Assembly (NCBI GenBank): GCA_024680835.1
Contig: JAILBP010000287.1
Location: forward strand, 1 to 61,049
DNA length: 61,049 bases
From: Lachnospiraceae bacterium
Lineage (GTDB): Bacteria; Bacillota; Clostridia; Lachnospirales; Lachnospiraceae
Reading direction: 5' to 3'
Shown here: one piece after another, positions 18,220 through 26,904 of the stretch
Numbering within the stretch: position 1 is the stretch's first letter
Layout of the letters: every line of letters starts with the position of its first letter
Made by a program: the position numbers and the translations under genes
Notes under the pieces: model-generated
Database searches by the model: none
Told to the model about the DNA's origin: nothing
Seen by the model: only the letters and a program-made list of their open reading frames with translations

Positions 18220-18297
18220 GAAAAAAACACAAAATATTGTGTAAATATGATCGCACAGACACAAGGGGAATATCATCATAAAAAACCGCTTAAAGAC

Positions 18298-18330
18298 AAA
18301 AAGGACCCGGGGATCACCCTAAGTCCTTTT
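18298..18330 (-). terminator. Rho-independent terminator after codY
   Basis: The minus strand reads AAAAGGAC-ttagggtgatccccg-GGTCCTTTTT, with an inner GGG/CCC pairing, followed by a T-rich tail. Confidence 0.6.
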
Positions 18331-18471
18331 ACATATTCCGAATCCGTTCAGTTTTATGTTACTATTCACAAGTGACTGATTCCAATCAATATCATATAGC
18401 ATACAGTCTGCCAAGCAAGCTGGCAGCCTGTATACTACATGATATTGGCTGTGAATAGTAACAGTTTTATA

Positions 18472-19251
18472 TCATATTCTTTTTTCCCTTGCGATCTTCT
18501 CCAGCTCATCCACCAGAAATTCGTTCTCTATCCTGATGACCGTACCCTTCATACCGGCGGAACGGGACTCTATGACACCTCCGCTCTCAAGTTTTCTGAG
18601 TCCGTTGACGATAACGGAACGGGTCACGCCGTATTTTTCCGCCACACGGCTTGTGATCAGTATGCCCTCCATCCCGTTCAATTCACGGAAAACATAGACA
18701 ACCGAAGCAAGCTCCGCTTGTGACAGTGTATCGATGGCCGCGTCAAGAGAACGCCTCCTGCGTTTCTCTTCCTCATCCTCCTCGTCTACCGATCGGTTTA
18801 TCTCAAGCCCCACCACAGTGGTACCGTACTCAGCCAGGATAATATCATCGAGCTCATACTCTGCGCCTTTTCTGAACACAAACAACGTACCCAGTCTGTT
18901 GCCGGCAATATTAATGGGTGCAATGATGACAGAATAGTCCCTGGACACATTTTCAAATCCAAGGGTCATCAGATTAACATTCTCTTTGGTAGACAGGATT
19001 GTCAGCAGCCTTTCATTGAGCTGTGGATCAATCTTCTCACCCTTTTTTTCGGCTAAAAGAGGCGATAACTTTATAGCTGAATTGTTTTTTGATGCGCCTA
19101 ATATTTTCCCGCTCCTGCTGATGACCAGGATCTCCGAGTCCAGAACATCACCCAAAACGCAGCTTATATCGCTGAAATTAAGCTTGTTTGAATCATAATT
19201 GTGTATAAGCTTATTTACTTTTCTTGTCTTATCCAGTAACCTTATTCCCAT
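18472..19251 (-). CDS. codY: GTP/BCAA-sensing global transcriptional repressor CodY
   Basis: 259 aa. It has a GAF-like N-terminal domain and a C-terminal wHTH (ASRVAEKYGVTRSVIVNGLRKLESGGVIESRS), as in CodY. It lies immediately upstream of flgB, as in B. subtilis. Confidence 0.92.
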   Translation of the reverse strand: MGIRLLDKTRKVNKLIHNYDSNKLNFSDISCVLGDVLDSEILVISRSGKILGASKNNSAIKLSPLLAEKKGEKIDPQLNERLLTILSTKENVNLMTLGFENVSRDYSVIIAPINIAGNRLGTLFVFRKGAEYELDDIILAEYGTTVVGLEINRSVDEEDEEEKRRRRSLDAAIDTLSQAELASVVYVFRELNGMEGILITSRVAEKYGVTRSVIVNGLRKLESGGVIESRSAGMKGTVIRIENEFLVDELEKIAREKRI

Positions 19252-19331
19252 TTTTTAAAACCAAACCCTTAACATTATATTTACTGTCAAAACAATCTAT
19301 TACTATCACTGCCGGCTCCGTCTTTTGTCTG

Positions 19332-21329
19332 TTATTTCCTGTCCTTGCCCGCGCCCGGCAGATTCCATGAAATGTATTCGCACTCCGGCGCACCCTCACA
19401 GCCGTAGAACCTTCTGCCCTTTTTGGTACGTCTGACCACAAGTTCTTTTCCGCACTCAGGACAGGCAACACCGGTCTTTTCAAGATACGGCTTTGTGTTC
19501 CTGCACTCCGGAAATCCGGGACAGGCGAGGAATTTTCCGTATGCGCCGTACTTTATCACCATGTTGCGCCCACAGAGCTCACAGACCACATCCGTAACTT
19601 CATCGGCGAGTTCCACCTTTTCCAGCTTTTTCTCCGCCTCCACAACAGCTTTGTCCAGATCCGGGTAAAAATTCTCCAATACGGTCTTCCACTCCACGCT
19701 GCCGTCCTCGATCCTGTCCAGAAGTCCCTCCATATTTGCGGTGAAAGTCTCATCCACTATGGTGGGGAAACAATCCGACATGATGTTGTTAACGGCTTCT
19801 CCCACATCCGTGAGGAAAAGATTTTTATTCTCTTTCAAAACATAACGTCTGTTCAACAGAACTCCTATGGTGGGAGCGTAGGTTGAAGGTCTTCCTATGC
19901 CGTGTTCCTCCATGGTCTTTACCAGTGCCGCCTCTGTAAAGTGCGGCTTTGACTTGGTAAAATGCTGCTCACTGTCATAGGCGGAAGCCTTTAGCTCCAT
20001 GCCTTTCTCAAGATTTCCCGGCAGTTCGTTGCTCTTCTCGTTTTTATCATCCGCCTCGGTATATACCGCCATAAAGCCCGCAAAAGACAGCTTGAAACTG
20101 CCTGTTGAAAGCTTGTGTTCGCCGTTTTTGATCTTGACTGTGGCAGTGTCGTATTTTGCCGCTGTCATGCAGGAAGCCAGAAATCTGTTGTATATGAGCT
20201 GATACAGCCTGAAAAGATCCCTCGGCAGCGATTCTTTTACCATGACGGGAGTTCTGGTGATGTCCGTGGGTCTTATGGCCTCGTGGGCATCCTGTACACG
20301 TGCCGCCTTTTTACCTGTGGGCTGGGCTCCGACGTACTCCGCGCCGTAATGCTCTTCAATATAAGTCTTTGTAGCGGCATAAGCATCATCGGAAACACGG
20401 GTGGAATCCGTACGCAGATATGTGATCAACGCTACGGTTCCGCTGCCCTTCACATCAACTCCCTCGTATAACTGCTGGGCGAGACGCATAGTCTTCTGTG
20501 TCGGGAAATTCAGCACCTTTGCCGCTTCCTGCTGCATCGTACTGGTGGTAAACGGAAGAGGTCTGTTTTTTTCGCGTTTGCCGAATTTAATATCATCTAC
20601 GATATATTTGCCTTTTTTAAGTTCCTTCTCAAGCTTCTCCGTATCTTCACCCACAGAGAGCTGTTTCGGTCCCTCATACTTGACATTCAGAGGTTTTTTC
20701 TCACCTTTTACAGTCAGATCCACATTCATGGTCCAGTATTCCTCGGGCACAAATTCCGCTATCTCGGCCTCTCTGTCCGCTATCATCTTGAGGGTTGCGG
20801 ACTGAACACGCCCGGCGGAGAGTTTGCTCTTTACCTTGCTCCACAACAGCGGTGAAATACGGTATCCCACCATTCTGTCCAGGATCCTCCTGGCCTGCTG
20901 GGCATCCACCAGATCCATATCGATCTCCCTGGGATGTTTTATCGACTCCTTTACCGCATTTTTTGTGATCTCATTGAAAGTAATGCGGTAAACCTTTTTA
21001 TCCTTAAATTCCTTAAGCTTTAATGCGAAGCAAAGATGCCAGCTAATGGCCTCTCCCTCACGGTCAGGGTCCGTTGCGAGATAGATAACATCTGCTTTTT
21101 TCACTTCCTTGCGAAGTGCTGCCAGTACATCCCCCTTTCCCCTGATAGTGATATATTTCGGTTCATAATCATGTTCCGGATCAAACCCCAGCTGACTCTT
21201 GGGAAGATCCCTCACATGTCCGCCGGATGCAGTAACCTTATAGTTTTTCCCCAAAAATTTTGATATTGTTTTCACCTTGGCAGGTGATTCCACGATTACC
21301 AGATAATTCGACAAGTTCTTTTCCTCCAT
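19332..21329 (-). CDS. topA: DNA topoisomerase I (type IA)
   Basis: 665 aa. It has a TOPRIM N-terminus (LVIVESPAKVKTI), the active-site region YLRTDSTR and C-terminal Cys4 zinc ribbons (CELCG...CPGFPEC; CPECG...CEGAPEC). Confidence 0.95.
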   Translation of the reverse strand: MEEKNLSNYLVIVESPAKVKTISKFLGKNYKVTASGGHVRDLPKSQLGFDPEHDYEPKYITIRGKGDVLAALRKEVKKADVIYLATDPDREGEAISWHLCFALKLKEFKDKKVYRITFNEITKNAVKESIKHPREIDMDLVDAQQARRILDRMVGYRISPLLWSKVKSKLSAGRVQSATLKMIADREAEIAEFVPEEYWTMNVDLTVKGEKKPLNVKYEGPKQLSVGEDTEKLEKELKKGKYIVDDIKFGKREKNRPLPFTTSTMQQEAAKVLNFPTQKTMRLAQQLYEGVDVKGSGTVALITYLRTDSTRVSDDAYAATKTYIEEHYGAEYVGAQPTGKKAARVQDAHEAIRPTDITRTPVMVKESLPRDLFRLYQLIYNRFLASCMTAAKYDTATVKIKNGEHKLSTGSFKLSFAGFMAVYTEADDKNEKSNELPGNLEKGMELKASAYDSEQHFTKSKPHFTEAALVKTMEEHGIGRPSTYAPTIGVLLNRRYVLKENKNLFLTDVGEAVNNIMSDCFPTIVDETFTANMEGLLDRIEDGSVEWKTVLENFYPDLDKAVVEAEKKLEKVELADEVTDVVCELCGRNMVIKYGAYGKFLACPGFPECRNTKPYLEKTGVACPECGKELVVRRTKKGRRFYGCEGAPECEYISWNLPGAGKDRK

Positions 21330-21356
21330 TTCGGGACTTAAGATCCGGATAGCCTG

Positions 21357-22475
21357 TCACCCCGCATTGATCCTGTATTTACCGGGGTCGGTTTCTGTGA
21401 TATATCCCTTGTCCATCAGTCCCATTATTATCACGGCCAGCTCCGGAACAGACATCCCCGTGGATGAAGCTATCTCTTCCAGACCTTTAGACCGAAGGTC
21501 AAGGTTACTATACACAATAAATTCTTCTTTTTCAAGTTTTAATTCTAAGTTTCGTTTTCTGACCGCTCCGCCGTCGGACCTGAGGCCAAGATCGGCCGCC
21601 AGATCCTCTATGTCCAGTATTATGCCTGCCCCCTGCTTTATAAGGCGGTTCGTTCCCCTTGAATTGATGTCGTTGATCCTGCCGGGCAGGACGTAAACAT
21701 CCCTGTTCTGTTCAAGCGCGGCATCGGCGGTTATAAGGGTCCCGGACTTTTCTCTCGCCTCCACCACGATCAGCACATCGGAAAGCCCGGATATAATACG
21801 GTTTCTCGGCGGAAAAAGTTTTGGCCTCGGCGCAGTGGAGGGCTTGTATTCCGATATTATCCCGCCTCCGCCCTCCAGTATATCCTCGTACAGCTTCCAG
21901 TGCTCCTCCGGATAGACCACATCGACTCCGCAGCCCATCACTGCAAAGGTCTTGCCTCCGTGGGCTAACGCCCCCCTGTGGGAATGCCCGTCAATGCCGC
22001 GGGCCAGACCGCTCACCACGGAAACACCCAGATCCGCCATCTTCTCACCTATCTCGTAAGCCCATTTCGCACCATTGTCGGTGCACGCCCTGGCTCCCAC
22101 CACCGCTACGCTCATCTCTTCATCGGAGGGAAGCTCTCCTATATAATACAGCCAGTATGGCGCATCCTGTATTTCCTTAAGCCTCTCAGGATACTGAACG
22201 GAGTTTCTCGTAATAAAATGTATGGATTTCTCCGCCAGTTTTTCCCATTCCTTCTCAATATCGAAGGTTTTTCTGCTCTCAAATATGAGTGATGCTTCCG
22301 CCTCACCGATCCCCCTCACAGCCATCAGATCCGCCGGGGGAAGATGATAGATCTCGTACGCCCCGGAAGTATATTTCATGAGCTGTTTTATGGTCTTTGG
22401 TCCTATGCCGTCTATGCTCGACAGCCAGAACTCATATTTCATACGTTCGTTTGTTATATCCGTACTCAAGCCCAT
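21357..22475 (-). CDS. dprA: DNA-processing protein DprA (Smf)
   Basis: The start is taken at ATG 22475, which overlaps the comM stop (TGATG) and is preceded by GGGGAGG. It has a Rossmann-like DprA core (GLARGIDGHSHRGAL...IVVEA..KSGTLITA) and a C-terminal wHTH. Confidence 0.9.
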   Translation of the reverse strand: MGLSTDITNERMKYEFWLSSIDGIGPKTIKQLMKYTSGAYEIYHLPPADLMAVRGIGEAEASLIFESRKTFDIEKEWEKLAEKSIHFITRNSVQYPERLKEIQDAPYWLYYIGELPSDEEMSVAVVGARACTDNGAKWAYEIGEKMADLGVSVVSGLARGIDGHSHRGALAHGGKTFAVMGCGVDVVYPEEHWKLYEDILEGGGGIISEYKPSTAPRPKLFPPRNRIISGLSDVLIVVEAREKSGTLITADAALEQNRDVYVLPGRINDINSRGTNRLIKQGAGIILDIEDLAADLGLRSDGGAVRKRNLELKLEKEEFIVYSNLDLRSKGLEEIASSTGMSVPELAVIIMGLMDKGYITETDPGKYRINAG

Positions 22476-24034
22476 CACCTCCCCTGTTCTGTTTCCATGC
22501 GGAAACATAATGCCTCGCAGAGATGCTTTTTGAGTATTTTTTCGCTTTCATCCAGATCCGCAATGGTCCTGGCAACCTTCAGGATCTTGTGATAACCCCT
22601 GGCGGTAAGCTTGAACTTGTCATACATTTTCTCCATCAGTGCATTCTCCTGCTCTCCCAGAGCGCAGAATTTCTGCATCATGGCAGGATTCAACCTGCTG
22701 TTGAAGTTGATATCGCAATCTCTGTATCTCTCCTGCTGGATCCTGTGACATTTTTCCACCCTTTTTCTGATCTCGGCGGAGGACTCATTGGAACCGGAGC
22801 CGTTTAACTCATCAAAGCTTATGGCCGCCGCCTCCACCACCAGATCGATCCTGTCCATCAAAGGCTTTGATATCCTGCTTCTGTATTTGATCACGGACTG
22901 TCTTGTGCAGGTGCACCGGTTTGAGGGATAATAACCGCATTTGCAGGGATTCATACTGCTGCACAGCAATATGTCCGCAGGGTACTCCACCGTGTTCATG
23001 GCTCTGGTGATCTTTATCTTCCTGTCCTCCAAAGGTTCCCTCAGAGTTTCCAGAGCAGATGGTGCAAATTCCGGCAGTTCATCGAGATACAGCACCCCCT
23101 TGTGTGCCAGTGACACCTCCCCCGGCTTTATGACTGCCCCGCCTCCGCTTAAACCCGCGGCAGATACAGTATGGTGGGGCGAGCGTATCGGTCTGCTTGT
23201 CATAAGTCCACGCTTACCGTCCATGAGACCGCAGACACTGTAGATCTTTGACACTTCCAGCCTCTCTTCAGGTAATAGTGGCGGCAAAATAGTAGGAATA
23301 CGCTTTGCCACCATGGTCTTGCCGGCTCCCGGCGGTCCCGTCATGAGGAAATTATGCATACCCGCAACAGCTATCTCACAGGCTCTCCGCAAAACCTGCT
23401 GTCCGCGGATATCCGAAAAATCCAATTTTTCGGAGGATCCTTCCTCCTGTTCCTCAAGGATCGTTTGAGAAGAATCCGGCATACCTTCCGACACCGGGAT
23501 CCCGGACTCATCGTAGTAAACCTTTTTCCCCGACACCGCATCCAGCACATCCAGCAGGTGTTCGATACCTATGATCTCTATCCCTGACACAAGCCTGGCT
23601 TCACAGAGATTATCCATTGGCACGATACACTTATTAATGCCCTCCTCCTTTGCCTTAAGGACATAGGACAGCATACCGTTTATGCCGGAAACGGCACCGT
23701 CAAGGCGCAGTTCACCCACCATAAAAACATTATTCAGATCGTTTTGTGAGATTATACCCAAAGCAGTCATGATAGACACTGCTATGGGCAGGTCAAGACC
23801 TGACCCTGATTTTTTGACTGAAGCCGGCGCCAGATTGATGGTCACTCTCTTGGCCGGCAGTGAGATCCCGTTGTTCTTGAGGGCGGTGCGTATACGCTCC
23901 TTTGACTCTCTGACCTCACCTGACACAAATCCCACCATGTCAACGCATGGAAGCCCGTCGCTGACGTCGGCCTCCGCATCTACCATGATGGCATCTATGC
24001 CGCTTAAAACCGCTGTTTTAACATAACTGTACAT
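22475..24034 (-). CDS. comM: YifB/ComM family Mg-chelatase-like AAA+ ATPase
   Basis: 519 aa. It has an N-terminal Lon-protease-like domain, Walker A GPPGAGKT, Walker B LYLDELPEF and a C-terminal Mg-chelatase subunit ChlI-like domain. Confidence 0.9.
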   Translation of the reverse strand: MYSYVKTAVLSGIDAIMVDAEADVSDGLPCVDMVGFVSGEVRESKERIRTALKNNGISLPAKRVTINLAPASVKKSGSGLDLPIAVSIMTALGIISQNDLNNVFMVGELRLDGAVSGINGMLSYVLKAKEEGINKCIVPMDNLCEARLVSGIEIIGIEHLLDVLDAVSGKKVYYDESGIPVSEGMPDSSQTILEEQEEGSSEKLDFSDIRGQQVLRRACEIAVAGMHNFLMTGPPGAGKTMVAKRIPTILPPLLPEERLEVSKIYSVCGLMDGKRGLMTSRPIRSPHHTVSAAGLSGGGAVIKPGEVSLAHKGVLYLDELPEFAPSALETLREPLEDRKIKITRAMNTVEYPADILLCSSMNPCKCGYYPSNRCTCTRQSVIKYRSRISKPLMDRIDLVVEAAAISFDELNGSGSNESSAEIRKRVEKCHRIQQERYRDCDINFNSRLNPAMMQKFCALGEQENALMEKMYDKFKLTARGYHKILKVARTIADLDESEKILKKHLCEALCFRMETEQGR

Positions 24035-24212
24035 TTTTCGCCTTTCGGTGTCTCAGATGATTGGGGGATCAGACAGACTCCGAAAAACCGTATGTGAACT
24101 TTACACTAAAATATCTTTTTTGTCAAACCTGTTTCTCTGCAGATCCTTTCAGCTCATGAACCCGGGGGCAAACAGACTTAAGCCGCACGACCGACCTGCT
24201 GTCCAAAGATCA

Positions 24213-24890
24213 TTAAAACACAGCCGGAAATGCCATCTTAACAGCCCAGAGCACCATGAGATGCACCGGATAGAATACATAGAAAACATATTTGAGCTTC
24301 ATGCCTCTCTTACCGTTGTAGAAATGGATGAGAGGGAAAGCCGCAATGCACGTCATCTCCGTCTTACCATAAAAGGCAAAGAATATGACTGATGCCATGA
24401 TATATTTGGTGATCTCCTGTTTGAGATCTCCGTTTCTGTACTGGTAAAAAACAAATATGACTGCAACACCGCAGGCGACATAATCCACCCTCAAGGCCAG
24501 TGCCGCGAACATGAAAGCCATCACTATGAAAAACTTCAAAAACGGCTTCTTTGGATCCTCCGGTTTTTTCTCCAAAGTATCCAGACACCATATCATGATA
24601 AGTCCCAATGCCAGGGTAAAGAAAACATTCTGGTGGTCAAGCCACAGAATACTCCCTTTAAAAGCCAGATTAAAGGGAATCTCCGATACGGCAGCGAAAG
24701 CCAGCAGCCTCAATATGTATTTTTTTATGTCTTTAGTTCTTTGGAAACCCTCTACCAACAGGAAGATATATATCGGAAATGCGACGCGGCCTATAAGCCT
24801 TAATACAATCTGATCCGGAAATAAACACGCACCGATGTGATCTATCATCATGGTGATGAGAGCTATCAGCTTTAAGGTGGAATTACTCAT
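24213..24890 (-). CDS. TraX-family integral membrane (acyltransferase-like) protein
   Basis: 225 aa and polytopic. The N-terminus LKLIALITMMIDHIGACLF is characteristic of the TraX family. It overlaps the upstream GH13-like gene by 8 nt. Confidence 0.75.
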   Translation of the reverse strand: MSNSTLKLIALITMMIDHIGACLFPDQIVLRLIGRVAFPIYIFLLVEGFQRTKDIKKYILRLLAFAAVSEIPFNLAFKGSILWLDHQNVFFTLALGLIMIWCLDTLEKKPEDPKKPFLKFFIVMAFMFAALALRVDYVACGVAVIFVFYQYRNGDLKQEITKYIMASVIFFAFYGKTEMTCIAAFPLIHFYNGKRGMKLKYVFYVFYPVHLMVLWAVKMAFPAVF

Positions 24891-26745
24891 TTCCTTCTTC
24901 CTCGAAAAACCATACCGTATAAGGCGGGATCCTGACGCTTCCGCCCTCCGGCTCTATATTGCAGAACTCAGTTCCGAAAACATATTTCAAGGCAGTCTTT
25001 CCCGGAAGTCTCGGTATTGCGATGGTGCTCATGGCTGCCGAAAAATTCATGGCAACATAGAGGCATTTCTCTCCCTCCTCAGCTTTGGTCGGGCAATACA
25101 GGATACCCACGGTCTGTGTCATAGGACTTACAGTGGTGCACCAGGCATCACGGCCATGATAAGAGAGCGCCGGAAGTCCGTTTGCTGCGGTCTGCCCCAT
25201 ATCAACCGGATCGTTGCGATACAAAAGCTTATGATTCTTTCTGAATACAAACAGATCCTTTACGTACTGCACATAATCCTCGTACTTTTCAGCGGTCTTC
25301 CAGTTGAGCCAGCCGATCCTGTTGTCCTGGCAATAGGGATTGTTATTGCCCTCAGCGGAATTACCAAGCTCATCTCCCATGTATATGAGGGGACAACCCT
25401 GAGCTACAGCCAGCACCGATACCGCCATCTTCATCCTCTTCCTGCGCAGCTGTTTAATAAAGTTCTTGCGGGCAACACCCTCCACTCCGCAGTTCGTGCT
25501 GAAGTTATTATCGCAGCCGTCGGTATTCTGCTCGCCGTTGGCCTCATTGTGTTTGTATGCATATGCAAAAACATCTGCCAGAGTAAAACCGTTGTTATTG
25601 GCAAAGTAATTGACAAAACCCAGGCTGCGGTCCTGCTTTTTAAGCTGTGCCAGGGTCTGCTGCATGTCATTGTCGTTGTAATTGATCTGGCGTCTTAAAG
25701 TATACTGAAAATCGTCCCTGTACTGATACAAAAGCTTGCAATCATCCGATATTCCGGCATCATCACTGTATATATTGTCATAGAAGATCTTTGATGTCTT
25801 CAGCATCGGGATCACTGATAAGTGCTTTACCTCGATGTCTCCACCCAGGAGATGGAATCCATCCATATGATAATCCTTGACCCAGTGGCATAAAACATCG
25901 GAAATATAGGCAAGGCTCAGTTTCTCCGGGAAATTGATCTCCATAAAACACTGTATTCCGGCCGCATGCAGACTCTTTACCATATCGCGCACGGCACTCA
26001 CCGGATTACGTTTGCCGGCAAATGACCTCTTCGGAGCAAAGTATTCGCCCTTACCGTATCCCCAGTAATTGATGCGTACATTCCGTTCCGGTCTCTTGTC
26101 CGAGTCAGCCAAAAGGTCGTATCCTTTTCTGGCTTCGGGGCTCCATCCCGCAAAGCCCGTCACATTCTCATCCTCCGGCATCAGTTCCTCGAATTCATAT
26201 ATGGGCATGAACTCCACGGCATTGATCCCCAGAGACTTAAGGTACGGTATCATCTCCGTGACGCCCTCAAATGTTCCTCTCTTTGACGGCTCGATCTTAG
26301 CCTCTTTGGTAAAGCCTCTGACATTAAGCTTGTAGATGACAAATTCATTGTCCTGTATATCAGGCTTTTCGTCTCCCTGCCAGTCGTAATACTCCGTTTC
26401 GAAGACTCCTCTCAAGCTCTTCCGCTCGTCTGTAAGTCTTGAAACGTCGCCCCATTTCTCTCTGCCGGCTATGGATGTGGTATAGGAAAAAAGCCGCTCC
26501 TCACCGTCAGCGATCATGGTATACTCGTATTTACTGAAATCAATGCCCTTGATCATAAATGAGCAGACTTCACCTATGCAGTATTTATCCGGCATCTCGA
26601 TGATCTCGTACTCGTCCGTTCCCTTTTTGTATAATTTCAGGGAGTATTTTGAGTTTTTCTTATATTGAAATGTGAAAAACAGTGTATCTCCCACTACCCG
26701 GATACCTATTTTTTCATATATTCCCGATCTGATCTCTATCGCCAT
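24883..26745 (-). CDS. GH13 GlgX/isoamylase-like protein with apparently substituted catalytic residues (predicted non-catalytic)
   Basis: 620 aa. It closely resembles glycogen-debranching enzymes (NYWGYG, LCHWVKDYHMDGF, GFTLADV...YKHNEANGE.N.DG..NN.S.NCG.EG). At the conserved regions it reads MEINFPE (expected DVVxNH), DGFHLLG (expected DGFRFDL) and ANNNGFTL (expected AHDGFTL). Confidence 0.75.
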   Translation of the reverse strand: MAIEIRSGIYEKIGIRVVGDTLFFTFQYKKNSKYSLKLYKKGTDEYEIIEMPDKYCIGEVCSFMIKGIDFSKYEYTMIADGEERLFSYTTSIAGREKWGDVSRLTDERKSLRGVFETEYYDWQGDEKPDIQDNEFVIYKLNVRGFTKEAKIEPSKRGTFEGVTEMIPYLKSLGINAVEFMPIYEFEELMPEDENVTGFAGWSPEARKGYDLLADSDKRPERNVRINYWGYGKGEYFAPKRSFAGKRNPVSAVRDMVKSLHAAGIQCFMEINFPEKLSLAYISDVLCHWVKDYHMDGFHLLGGDIEVKHLSVIPMLKTSKIFYDNIYSDDAGISDDCKLLYQYRDDFQYTLRRQINYNDNDMQQTLAQLKKQDRSLGFVNYFANNNGFTLADVFAYAYKHNEANGEQNTDGCDNNFSTNCGVEGVARKNFIKQLRRKRMKMAVSVLAVAQGCPLIYMGDELGNSAEGNNNPYCQDNRIGWLNWKTAEKYEDYVQYVKDLFVFRKNHKLLYRNDPVDMGQTAANGLPALSYHGRDAWCTTVSPMTQTVGILYCPTKAEEGEKCLYVAMNFSAAMSTIAIPRLPGKTALKYVFGTEFCNIEPEGGSVRIPPYTVWFFEEEGNE

Positions 26746-26904
26746 ATTCTCTCCCGGACGCCCCGTCCATGTCTGAAAATGCGCCCATACAGTCTTTTTC
26801 TGTGTTTAACCAAAAAATCAAAGTCATTATATCACATTGACGGATCAGATAAAAGCGGAAAATAAAAAATTAACCTTCCCGTAGTCCAAAGAATACTCCT
26901 TTGG

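Noticed and set aside
24850-25698. 282-aa plus-strand ORF
   Set aside because: It is antisense to the GH13-like gene and has no recognisable motifs.
26885-26904. Short hairpin CCAAAG-gagtatt-CTTTGG right after the HK-REC-DegV stop, as a terminator
   Set aside because: The stem is only 6 bp and the T-run is ~15 nt away. That is too weak to call.
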